From Takakia lepidozioides (taxonomy: Eukaryota; Plantae; Bryophyta), in the NCBI GenBank assembly GCA_030704615.1, contig CM060732.1:53940001-54004000 (forward strand): a DNA stretch of 64,000 nucleotides, given 5' to 3'. A program made the position numbers and the translations under genes. How positions within the stretch are numbered: the first letter of the stretch is position 1; each line of letters begins with the position of its first letter. This document shows positions 12,610 to 24,992 of the stretch, piece by piece. Under the pieces are notes generated by a model. That model saw only the letters and a list, made by a program, of their open reading frames with translations. It was not told the DNA's origin and ran no database searches.

Positions 12610-12777
12610 GGGGACCAACCTCCTGGTGGTCGAACCTATTTTTAAAAAAACAATTGTGTGACCACCAGTAGCGGTCGTCGCAACTGTTAAAATAAAATAA
12701 AAATGTTGCGACCACCCCCCTGCTGGTAGTCGCACATATTTACTGATTTACTGATTACCCCTGGTGGTGGTCGCAGA
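12610..12777. repeat. 3' subterminal palindromic repeats of hAT copy B
   Basis: 3-4 copies of GCGACCACC..GGTGGTCGCA matching the 8500-9292 array. Confidence 0.8.
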
Positions 12778-12931
12778 TTTTATTTTATTTTATTTTGGAA
12801 AACACTTGGGAGCGACAGCTCACAAATCAGGCCCCTTGGTAGTGAGAGGAGAAAATAACCTCTTTCATTTATGCGCCAAGAGGCGTAGGAATGGGGCACC
12901 ACACACGAACCATACCACACCCATCAAGTAG
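12778..12931 (-). mobile_element. SINE family 1 copy, 5' truncated
   Basis: Matches the 3' half of the 31869 SINE (gggagcgacagctcacaaatcaggcccc..gagaggagaaaataacctc..accacacccatcaagtagc); T-rich tail on the plus strand. Confidence 0.8.
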
Positions 12932-14048
12932 CAAGATCCGGAAGGCTTACCGGAAGGATGAGATGGCAAAGTCCGTGATGCGGGACTTGAGGATCGTTGT
13001 TAAATCACAGTTCCACTTGCACAATGGACTGCTCCGGTACAAACAAAAGCGCCTCTACGTGCCGAAGGAAGGGATCAGAGATAGTCTCTTGAGAGAATGC
13101 CACGATGGCCCCGCTTGCGGGCCACAGACGGAGCCAACGCACCGCTGCACTCTTTAAGAAGACATGGCACCACATGCCAACAAAACCGGAGCGAGTACAA
13201 AAAACAAGCGGGGCTGTTACAACCCTTGCCGATTCCAGAGGGGTCTGTCAAAAGGATTCGATGCAATCATCGTTGTCGCGGCCCTTTGCCTTGAGGGCAG
13301 GGAGTCGGGACACACGAGGGGCTGCCCCTGTGGTGGGGGCAGCGGCAGCGATAGGTATGGGGGGGGCTGAAGCACCCTTGAGTGCCCAAGGCACTCAGGG
13401 AGCGGAGGCGCTCACTAGGTGGAGCCCCGCACACCGGGTTGCGGTGGGGGTGGCTCCACAAGGGTGGTGGTAGCTTAGCGGACGTAGTGGGGTGGCATAG
13501 GACTCACCATGGGGGCGGAGACCTCGTGGTGGGAGTCGTGGGGAGTCTTGGGACTCATCACGGTCCATAGGGGCCGTGGTGAGTGGGCCAAGACTCACCG
13601 CGACTCATCACGGGAGTCGAGGGTTTTCGTGGTGGTTTCGCCATAAAAATGGCATGGCTGGTTGTGAAACCCCCGCGGACAGCTACAGAAGTATATATAA
13701 GGGGAGTAGTAACCCCGAGAACGGTGCAAGCCCGTTGGTGACCAAAAACTAGTGAGTAAGCGAGCGAGCCGGAAAGCGACCAAAGAGTGGGGAGCTGTTC
13801 CGGACTGCCATCTACCAAAGGGAATTCCCTAGTCCCAAATAGGTGGAGGGTTTAGTGGGAAGCAAAGGGGACCGTTATGTCCCGGTGAGCAGCCGAAGCT
13901 CTAAGTTGGCCCGGCGGCCAGTTGGGAGTCAGGCGCGCGCATCAAAGCGAGTAACTATGACTTGAAGGGGAGCTTACCGAAGAGAGGTGCGACACTTGGT
14001 ATCAGAGCTTAGAGTTCAGTACGCGATCGTCCTTGGGATTGGCTCATC

Positions 14049-14832
14049 ATGGGGTCGGGCAAGCCAAAGCGAAAGCGGAACGGCTTAAAAGATGATGATC
14101 CTGGTGAGCCCGATGGGGGCGACGTGTCACCGAAGCGGCCGTTTGAGGAAGCGACGCAGGTTTCTGAAAGCGAGGCCGCTCAAGAGCGGAGGAATCCAAG
14201 GAGTCGGAGCCCGAGGAATCCTGAGAGCTCCGACCGACCAACAGATGCCTCCCATGCCGACAGCCTTTTGGGAAGGGTGTTGGCGTAGTTTGGCGGGACG
14301 TGAAAGACGTGTTGAAGGCGGCTAATGCCACTTCCACTAAGGCAAAGTTTAAGGTGAAGCCTAAGGAACCCGACACCTTCGAGGGCGTCCGAAATCGGAA
14401 GGCACTCAACACCTGGCTCCTGGAGCTAGAGCAGTACTTCCGGGCGGCCAAGTTGAGTGACGAGGATCAGGTGGAAGTGGCTCCCACCTATTTGAGGGGC
14501 TATGCTCAACAATGGTGGCAGAAACGCCTTCACCGACCCAAGCCCGGAAACCTTAAACTGGAGTGGGTTCAAGGAATTGATGAAGAGACAGTTTGTGCCC
14601 CTCAACGCGTCCTGGCTTGCCCGGGACAAGATGAGGAATTTGAAGCAAACAGATGACATTCGGGGGTATGTCCAGGCTTTCAATGTGCTGTTGCTCGAAG
14701 TCGCGGACATGGCAGAACCAGAAATGGTCTTCAACTTTGTGGCGGACTGGCCCCATGGGCCAGGCGGAAGTTGGAGGAGAAGCCACCCAAGACTTTGAAC
14801 GAGGCAATTGAGAGGGCCGAATGTTTCTCGGA
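14049..14832 (+). pseudogene. gag of element Y, interrupted by element X
   Basis: KPKEPDTFEG..LNTWLLELEQYF..YLRGYAQQWW..LKQTDDIRGYVQAF. Confidence 0.88.
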
Positions 14833-17800
14833 TGTCGCGCACCTCACTTCGGTAAGCTCCCCTTCAAGTCATAGTTACTCGCTTTGATGCGCGCGCCTGA
14901 CTCCCAACCTGGCCGCGGGCCAACTTGGAGCTTCGGCTGCTCACCGGGACATAACGGTCCCCCTTCGCTTCCCTCTAAACCCTCCACCTATTTGGACTAG
15001 GAGAATTCCCTTTGGTAGATGGCAGTCCGGAACAGCTCCCCACTCTTTGGTCGCTTTCCGGCTCGCTCGCTTACTCACTAGTTTTTGGTCACCAACGGGC
15101 TTGCACCGTTCTCGGGTTACTACTCCCTATATATACTTCTGTAGCTGTCCGCGGGGGTTTCACAACCAGCCATGCCATTTTATGGCGAACCACCACGAAA
15201 ACCCTCGACTCCCGGTGAGTCGCGGTGAGTCTTGGCCCACTCACCACGGCCCCTATGGACCGTGATGAGTCCCAAGACTCCCCACGACTCCCACCACGAG
15301 GTCTCCGCCCCATGGTGAGTCCTATGCCACCCCCACTAAGTCCCGCTAAGCTACCACCACCCCTTGTGGAGCCACCCCCACCGCAACCCGGTGTGCGGGG
15401 CTCCACCTAGTGAGCGCCTCCGCCTCCTGAGTGCCTTGGGCACTCAAGGGTGCTTCAGCCCCCCATACCTATCGCTGCCGCTGCCCCCACCACAGGGGCA
15501 GCCCCTCATGTGTCCCGACCCCCTGCCCTCAAGGCAAAGGGCCGCACACACCCCTACCAACAGGGAGTCGATGTCCTCATCGACTTGTCCATTTTGTAGA
15601 AACGAACATCCAAGTTGTGGCGTCCCACATCAAGGAGTTTGTTTCCGTACCATGGCGTCCCATGGCAAAGAACCAAACCCCACACTTGACTACTCTCCAC
15701 TAGCTAGTTCGGCGACTTCCTCCAAGTCCCGGCCAAGGGTGGAGCCTCTCCAGCTCCTCCCAGTGCACTCTTCTTGGCCTACTTCAAGGCCAAGGAACGA
15801 TCCTCCCCGAGGATCGAATCGCCTTACTGCAACAACATTGCTTGCGATCGCTCATGATGCCGCTTTTGGCATCACCTTGAGCAAGGGTTCACCTGGAACC
15901 CTCTTTGACTAGGAAGATAACCTTGAACCAACCGTGCGCCCCAATCACTACAATTGGGTCCGCCTTGGAATGCTGGCCTGAGGTACGGGAACACGCCGAA
16001 GCCGCACTACGACTTCGTCCCGAGGCTACACGATTATAGTACGTGAACGGAAGCACGTAGCTTCCGCGTTAGCCCGCACTACAAGGCAACCCCCTCGGTA
16101 GCGCAGTTATAGTACGCGCACGCGCCAGGTGCGCACTAGCACGTGAACTCCCAAGAAGGCGCAAGTTTCCTTGCCCCTTGGATGGGGGTCACCCGATTTC
16201 GGCACTACGCAAACACACGATTAACCCAATTTACCTCTCCCACTTTTATAAGCTAGCATGCATTCTACACACTAGCCAACCATACCATGCATCACCATTC
16301 CAAACAAAATAGGACGCACAATTTGGAACCCATTTCCTTTATAACAAATTTTTGTACAATACAAGTTTTTGCAATCGGATTCCTAAGCTAGCTAACCGGG
16401 CTAAGCACACCTCCCCCACGCTCCAAGGTTGATGTCCCCATCAACGCGCTTTTGAGGTCGCCCTTCGAAAGCTGCAACCGCCTCGGATGCGTTTTCCCAT
16501 TTCTGAGGCACGCACCCAAGATGCCTCCACATGATGATAGCCCTTCCATTTGACGAGATACTCCGTTTCTCGGTTCTTGAACCTCCTCGACTTAAGTATT
16601 GCCTCCACCTCGTACTCAGGTTCATTTTCATGATCCAACAGCATAGGTGGCGGACGCAACACTTGATGCCGATTCGGACGCGCTTCATCTTTTGAAGTAA
16701 GGCTTCAAAAGGGAGACATGGAATACTGGGCACCTTGCTGTTTGCCGGCAGCTCCAATTCATACACATCCTCATTCATAACCTTCCGAATGCGAAAGGGT
16801 CCCGCATACGGAGGTACGAACTTCGGACTCACTTCCGGAGGTAGTCGGAAATTCTTGATGTTCAACCAGACCTCTGTGCCTGCCTCAAACTTCACTTCCC
16901 TCCGCTTCCGATTCGCCTGCCTTTCATACCGTTTCCTAGCTTTGGCAATGTTGTACTTTGCGAGCTTCAACAAACGCTCGCGTTCTTCCAGTACCGCCGC
17001 TACTGCCGGTTCCTCAACGTCCTGGGCGGCCCAACTTGTCGGCACCAGAGGTGCTTTTCCATAGACCAATACGAAAGGGGAAACTCCCGTTGCGGAGTGT
17101 TCTGTGTTATTATAACAGAACTCTGCCGCGTCTAAGTGTTCCATCCAGTCTGATTGGTCTGCCGACACGTAATTCCGCAAGAATTGCTTCACTACGGAAT
17201 TCACTCTTTTCCGTTTGGCCGTCCGTCGTAGGTCGGAAGGCGGTGCTCATCTTCAGCCTCGTCCCCATCTTCTTCCAAAGTGTCCTCCAAAATTTACTCG
17301 TAAACTTTGGATCGCGGTCCGAGACAATATCCTTCGGGACTCCATGATGCTTTAAGACGTGGGCGAAGTAAAGTCGCCCTGTCTCCTGCGCCGTTGCCGT
17401 CTCCTTGGTGGGGATGAAATGGCCCATTTTACTGAACCTATCCACCACCATGATTGCATCGAATCCTTTTGACAGCGCATAGCAGTCATGAAATCCATCG
17501 AGACGCTTTCCCAAGTCCCCTCTGGAATCGGCAAGGGTTGTAACAGCCCCGCTTGCTTTTTGTACTCGCTCCGGTTTTGTTGGCATGTGGTGCATGTCTT
17601 GACATACTCCTCTGCCTCCTCCCTCAGTTTGGGCCAGAAATACTCTTTCTTCAAGAGTGCCGCAGTGCGCTTGGCTCCGCCGTGGCCCGCAAGCGGGCTA
17701 TCATGGCATTCTCTCAAGAGGCTATCTCTGATCCCTCCCTTCGGCACGTAGAGACGTTTTTTGCTTATACCGGAGCAGTCCATTTTGCAAGTGGAACTGC

Positions 17801-20800
17801 GATTTAACCCCCATCCTCAAGTCCTGCATCACGGACTTTGCCAGCTCATCCTTCCGGCAAGCCTTCCGGATCTTCCTTTGGAGCGCCGTCTCGCCCTTGT
17901 ACACCAACAAGAGCTGCTGCTTTCTACTTAAAGCATCGGCCACCACATTGTCCGTCCCGGTTTGTACTGGATATCCACGTCGAACACCGCCAAAGTATCT
18001 TGCCACCTAAGTTGTTTTGGGGACAACTTGGGCTGCGTGGCAAAATACTTCACCGTGACATTGTCCGTGAACACCTTCACTGGGTTGGAACCAACATAGT
18101 GGCGCCAAGCTCAAGGCAATGCACCACCGCCTTCATCTCTTTTCGTGCGTCGTCGGCCACCGTCGCTCCACTTCATTCAGTTTCTTACTTTCGTAAGCCA
18201 CTGGACGTCCATCTTGCATAAGTACACCCCCAATCGCGAAGTCCGATGCATCTGTATGAATCTCAAACGGACGATCGAACTCCGGGATTTTCAAGACTGG
18301 AGCTTCCGCCATCCGCTGCTTCAATTCAGCAAAAGCTTGGCCACAAAATGTGTTCCATACCCAGACTTTGGATTTACACAGAAGGTCCGACAGCGGCCCC
18401 GCGATCTTTGGCGAAATTTCTCACATACTTCCGGTAATAGGAGGCGAGTCCTAGGAAGGATCGCACTCCCGGGACCGAAGTCGGAGGCTCCCAGTCCAAG
18501 ATCGCCCTCACCTTTCTGTCATCCATTTTGATCCCATCCTGTGTAATCACATGCCCCAGAACTCCACTTTTGTGACCCCGAATTCGCACTTTGAAGCTTT
18601 GGCATACAGCTTCCCTTCCCGCAATTTTTGGAACACCCTTTTGAGGTGCTCCAGGTGCTCCTCCTTTGTTTTCGAGTACACCAAGATGTCGTCGATGTAC
18701 ACGATCACAAAGTCATCCAACCACTCCTGGAAAAGGCTGTTCATCAGCGTGCTAAATGTCGCTGGTGCATTGGTGAGCCCAAAAGGCATCACCAAGAACT
18801 CATATGAACCATACCTTGTCCTGCACGCGGTCTTCTCCTCATCTCCTTCCGCCACCCGAATTTGGTGATAGCCGGAGCGCAAGTCGATCCGGCCAACCGA
18901 TCGAAGAGGTCGTCGATCCTTGGCAAAGGGTACCGGTTTTTGATAGTCACCTTATTCAGAGCCCTGTAATCGACACACATCCGCAGCGTCCCATCCTTCT
19001 TGTCTGCAAATAGCACCGGGGCTCCGTAAGGTGACTTACTCGGCCGGATGTACCCCTTTGACATTAGATCCTTGAGCTGAGTCTTCAGCTCGACCAACTC
19101 TCTGTGGCTCAACCGGTAGGGCGCCTTGGCAGGCGGTTCCGATCCCGGTATCACCTCAATCTTGTGGTCAACTCCTCTTCGCGGTGGCAAGCCGCTTGGT
19201 AAATCCTCCGCATCACATCCTGGTATTTCTCCAAAATCCCCTTGATCCAATCTGGGCTCGGCTCCCCATCGCCTTCTCCTTTCACTTCTCTAATGTAAAG
19301 CAAAACTGGGGCTCGTGTGCCTCCTCCACGGCCCACTCCTTTGCTGACAGAAGGTTTATTCGCCCTCCCACGGATTTGGGCGTTTCCGACACTCGTAAAA
19401 CCTCGCCACCATTCCCACATGGCAGCGTGACTACTCTCTTGCGGCCATCTATGACCGCTCCGGATTTGCTCAAAAAGGTCATCCCCAAAATGAGATCCAC
19501 TCCATCGATCTCGCAGATGGTGAAGTTCTCACGTCCCTCCCAACTCCCCAGTTGAAGAGGAACATCAAACGCCAACCTTGTCGCCAACTGTGGTTCTCCT
19601 TTGGCAGAACGCACCTCAATAGAGGCCCCCACGTCACTTGTCGGGAGTCCCAGCTTTTGTGCCGTTGCCGGTGTCATGAAGGAGTGCGACGCTCCTGTGT
19701 CCACCAACAACGACACATTAGTTCCGGATATTATCCCATCCACGAACAATAACTGACTCCCTTTTCGTAAGGCGCCAGTTTCCTGATACAACTCACAAAA
19801 ATTTGCCTACCTTGCAAGTCCTGGCGACCACCGCTTCCACCAAGCGACTGATGGTATCTTCCGACAGCTCCGTGGTCGCCCGAGTCATGTTCAATTGCCG
19901 GGGCTTCGTGCACTTCTTGGCCATGTGCCCGGGCTCCCCGCAATTGAAACACACTCCATCAAAGGTCGCCTTCTGTCCGCCATAAGCCGCTCCACCCGCT
20001 TTTTTCCTTTCGAAGCACCGGGTGCCGCCTTGACGTGTGAAGGCCCTCCCTTCGATTTCCACGTGCCATTTCGCCGCGTGGCCTATCCCACTTCTTTTCC
20101 GGTCGGAAGGAGTCACCTTCCCGCCGGTCTTCTTGTGGTTCAGCTCCGTACGGCCTTGTCTTTCACCCCTAGGGACATCCGAGAAACATTCAGCCCTCTC
20201 AATTGCCTCGTTCAAAGTCTTGGGTGGCTTCTCCTCCAACTTCCGCCTGGCCCATGGGGCCAGTCCCGCCACAAAGTTGAAGACCATTTCTGGTTCTGCC
20301 ATGTCCGCGACTTCGAGCAACAGCACATTGAAAGCCTGGACATACCCCCGAATGTCATCTGTTTGCTTCAAATTCCTCATCTTGTCCCGGCAAGCCAGGA
20401 CGCGTTGAGGGGCACAAACTGTCTCTTCATCAATTCCTTGAACCCACTCCAGTTCAAGGTTTCCGGGCTTGGACCTCGGTCGTGAAGGCGTTTCTGCCAC
20501 CATTGTTGAGCATAGCCCCTCAAATAGGTGGGAGCCACTTCCACCCGATCCTCGTCACTCAACTTGGCCGCCCGGAAGTACTGCTCTAGCTCCAAGAGCC
20601 AGGTGTTGAGTGCCTTCCGATTTCGGACGCCCTCGAAGGTGCCGGGTTCCTTAGGCTTCACCTTAAACTTTGCCTTAGTGGAAGTGGCATTAGCCGCCTT
20701 CAACACGTCTTTCAACGTCCCGCCAAACTGCGCCAACAACCCTTCCCAAAAGGCTGCCGGCATGGGAGGCATCTCTTGGTTTGTCGGAGCTCTCAAGGAT

Positions 20801-21743
20801 TCCTCGGGCTCCGACTCCTCGGATTCCTCCCGCTCTTGAGCGGCCTCGTTTTCGGAAACATGCATCGCTTCCTCAAACGGCCGCCTCGGTGACACGTCGC
20901 CCCCATCGGGCTCACCGGATCATCATCTTTTGGGCCGTTCCGCTTTCGCTTCGGCTTGCCCGACCCCATGATGAGGCCAATCCCAAGGACGATCGCGTAC
21001 TGAACTCTAAGCTCTGATACCAAGTGTCGCGCACCTCACTTCGGTAAGCTCCCCTTCAAGTCATAGTTACTCGCTTTGATGCGCGCGCCTGACTCCCAAC
21101 CTGGCCGCCGGGCCAACTTGGAGCTTCGGCTGCTCACCGGGACATAACGGTCCCCCTTTGCTTCCCTCTAAACCCTCCACCTATTTGGGACTAGGAGAAT
21201 TCCCTTTGGTAGATGGCAGTCCGGAACAGCTCCCCACTCTTTGGTCGCTTTCCGGCTCGCTCGCTTACTCACTAGTTTTTGGTCACCAACGGGCTTGCAC
21301 CGTTCTCGGGGTTACTACTCCCTATATACTTCTGTAGCTGTCCGCGGGGGTTTCAACCAGCCATGCCATTTTGGCGAACCACCACGAAAACCCTCGACTC
21401 CCGGTGATGAGTCGCGGTGAGTCTTGGCCCACTCACCACGGCCCCTATGGACCGTGATGAGTCCCAAGACTCCCCACGACTCCCACCACGAGGTCTCCGC
21501 CCCCATGGTGAGTCCTATGCCACCCCCACTAAGTCCCTAAGCTACCACCACCCCCCTTGTGGAGCCACCCCCACCGCAACCCGGTGTGCGGGGCTCCACC
21601 TAGTGAGCGCCTCCGCTTCCTTGAGTGCCTTGGGCACTCAAGGGCTGCTTCAGCCCCCCATACCTATCGCTGCCGCTGCCCCACCACAGGGGCAGCCCCT
21701 CATGTGTCCCGACCCCCTGCCCTCAAGGCAAAGGGCCGCGACA
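14833..21743 (-). mobile_element. chromovirus Ty3/gypsy element X, full length, antisense inside Y; LTRs 14833-~15548 and 21025-21743
   Basis: Two ~720-bp LTRs, PBS (gctctgatacca at 21011-21022), gag-PR-RT-RH-INT-chromodomain; no TSD found. Confidence 0.93.
16441..20969 (-). pseudogene. gag-pol of element X (many single-base frameshifts)
   Basis: CFNCGEPGHMAKKC knuckle, [73 protein letters not shown] chromodomain. Confidence 0.9.
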
Positions 21744-21808
21744 TTACTTTGAACCTTTGGCGGACATGGAATTCTTTGGGGTAAGGATGGTCTCAGCTGA
21801 ACCCCCGG

Positions 21809-24800
21809 AGTGTCGTTGTTGGTGGACACAGGAGCGTCGCACTCCTTCATGAAAAGTTGGGACTCCCGACAAGTGACGTGGGGCCTCTATTGAGGTGCGT
21901 TCTGCCAAAGGAGAGTTGGCGTTTGATGTTCCTCTTCAACTGGGAGTTGGGAGGGACGTGAGAACTTCACCATCTGCGAGATCGATGGAGTGGATCTCAT
22001 TTGGGGATGACCTTTTTGAGCAAATCCGGAGCGGTCATAGATGGCCGCAAGAGAGTAGTCACGCAATGGTGGCGAGGTCTTACGAGTGTCGGAAACGCCC
22101 AAATCCGTGGGAGGGCGAATAAACCTTCTGTCAGCAAGGAGTGGGCCGTGGAGAGGCACACGAGGCTTTACATTAGAGAAGTGAAGGAGAAGGCATTGGA
22201 TCAAGGGGATTTTGGAGAAATACCAGGATGTGATGCCGGAGGATTTACCAAGCGGCTTGCCACCGCGAAGAGGAGTTGACCACAAGATTGAGGTGATACC
22301 GGGATCGGAACCGCCTGCCAAGGCGCCCTACCGGTTGAGCTTGGTCGAGCTGAAGACTCAGCTCAAGGATCTAATGTCAAAGGGGTACATCCGGCCGAGT
22401 AAGTCACCTTACGGAGCCCCGGTGCTATTCGCAGACAAGAAGGATGGGACGCTGCGGATGTGTGTCGATTACAGGGCTCTGAATAAGGTGACTATCAAAA
22501 ACCGGTACCCTTTGCCAAGGATCGACGACCTCTTCGATCGGTTGGCAGGAGCCAGCCGGATCGACTTGCGCTCCGGCTCATCAAATTCGGGTGGCGGAAG
22601 GAGATGAGGAGAAGACCGCGTGCAGGACAAGGTATGGTTCATATGAGTTCTTGGTGATGCCTTTTGGGCTCACCAATGCACCTTTAGCACGCTGATGAAC
22701 AGCCTTTTCAGGAGTGGTTGGATGACTTTGTGATCGTGTACATCGACGACATCTTGGTGTACTCGAAAACAAAGGAGCACCTGGAGCACCTCAAAAGGGT
22801 GTTCCAAAAATTGCGGAAGGGAAGCTGTATGCCAAAGCTTCAAAGTGCGAATTCGGGGTCACAAAAGTGGAGTTCTGGGGCATGTGATTACACAGGATGG
22901 GATCAAAATGGATGACAGAAAGGTGAGGGCGATCTTGGACTGGGAGCCTCCGACTTCGGTCCCGGGAGTGCGATCCTTCCTAGGACTCGCCTCCTATTAC
23001 CGGAAGTATGTGAGAAATTTCGCCAAGATCGCGGGGCCGCTGTCAACCTTCTGTGTAAATCCAAAGTCTGGGTATGGAACCTTTTGTGGCCAAGCTTTTG
23101 CTGAATTGAAGCAGCGGATGGCGGAAGCTCCAGTCTTGAAAATCCCGGAGTTCGATCGTCCGTTTGAGATTCATACAGATGCGTCGGACTTCGCGATTGG
23201 GGGTGTACTGATGCAAGATGGACGTCCAGTGGCTTACGAAAGTAAGAAACTGAATGAAGTGGAGCGACGGTGGCCGACGCACGAAAAGAGATGAAGGCGG
23301 TGGTGCATTGTCTTGAGCTTTGGCGCCACTATGTTGGTTCCAACCCAGTGAAGGTGTTCACGGACAATGTCACGGTGAAGTATTTTGCCACGCAGCCCAA
23401 GTTGTCCCCAAAACAACTTAGGTGGCAAGATACTTTGGCGGTGTTCGACGTGGATATCCAGTACAAACCGGGACGGGACAATGTGGTGGCCGATGCTTTA
23501 AGTAGAAAGCAGCAGCTCTTGTTGGTGTACAAGGGCGAGACGGCGCTCCAAAGGAAGATCCGGAAGGCTTGCCGGAAGGATGAGCTGGCGAAGTCCGTGA
23601 TGCAGGACTTGAGGATGGGGGTTAAATCGCAGTTCCACTTGCAAAATGGACTGCTCCGGTATAAGCAAAAACGTCTCTACGTGCCGAAGGGAGGGATCAG
23701 AGATAGCCTCTTGAGAGAATGCCATGATAGCCCGCTTGCGGGCCACGGCGGAGCCAAGCGCACTGCGGCACTCTTGAAGAAAGAGTATTTCTGGCCCAAA
23801 CTGAGGGAGGAGGCAGAGGAGTATGTCAAGACATGCACCACATGCCAACAAAACCGGAGCGAGTACAAAAAGCAAGCGGGGCTGTTACAACCCTTGCCGA
23901 TTCCAGAGGGGACTTGGAAAGCGTCTCGATGGATTTCATGACTGCTATGCCGCTGTCAAAAGGATTCGATGCAATCATGGTGGTGGTGGATAGGTTCAGT
24001 AAAATGGGCCATTTCATCCCCACCAAGGAGACGGCAACGGCGCAGGAGACAGGGCGACTTTACTTTCGCCCACGTCTTAAAGCATCATGGAGTCCCGAAG
24101 GATATTGTCTCGGACCGCGATCCAAAGTTTACGAGTAAATTTTGGAGGCACTTTGGAAGAAGATGGGGACGAGGCTGAAGATGAGCACCGCCTTCCGACC
24201 TACGACCGACGGCCAAACGGAAAGAGTGAATTCCGTAGTGAAGCAGATCTTGCGGAATTACGTGTCGGCAGACCAATCAGACTGGGTGGAACACTTAGAC
24301 GCGCAGAGTTCTGTTATAATAACACAGAACACTCCGCAACGGGAGTTTCCCCTTTCGTATTGGTCTATGGAAAAGCACCTCTGGTGCCGACAAGTTGGGC
24401 CGCCCAGGACGTTGAGGAACCGGCAGTAGCGGCGGTACTGGAAGAACGCGAGCGTTTGTTGAAGCTCGCAAAGTACAACATTGCCAAAGCTAGGAAACGG
24501 TATGAAAGGCAGGCGAATCGGAAGCGGAGGGAAGTGAAGTTTGAGGCAGGCACAGAGGTCTGGTTGAACATCAAGAATTTCCGACTACCTCCGGAAGTGA
24601 GTCCGAAGTTCGTACCTCCGTATGCGGACCCTTTCGCATTCGGAAGGTTATGAATGAGGATGTGTATGAATTGGAGCTGCCGGCAAACAGCAAGGTGCAC
24701 CCAGTATTCCATGTCTCCCTTTTGAAGCCTTACTTCAAAGATGAAGCGCGTCCGAATCGGCATCAAGTGTTGCGTCCGCCACCTATGCTGTTGGATCATG

Positions 24801-24992
24801 AAAATGAACCTGAGTACGAGGTGGAGGCAATACTTAAGTCGAGGAGGTTCAGAACCGAGAAACGGAGTATCTCGTCAAATGGAAGGGCTATCATCATGTG
24901 GAGGCATCTTGGGTGCGTGCCTCAGAAATGGAAACGCATCCGAGGCGGTTGCAGCTTTCGAAGGGCGACCTCAAAAGCGGAAGAAGCGTTGA
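21809..24992 (+). pseudogene. pol of element Y (protease, RT, RNase H, integrase, chromodomain), frameshifted
   Basis: Same motifs as X on the plus strand (ORFs 22212-22607, 22845-23294, 23270-23941, 24087-24653, 24650-25051). Confidence 0.9.

Noticed and set aside
19785-19810. programmed ribosomal frameshift at the gag-pol junction of X
   Set aside because: AAATTTTT is not in the canonical -1 phase, and the high indel rate in this region makes the frame relationship unreliable.
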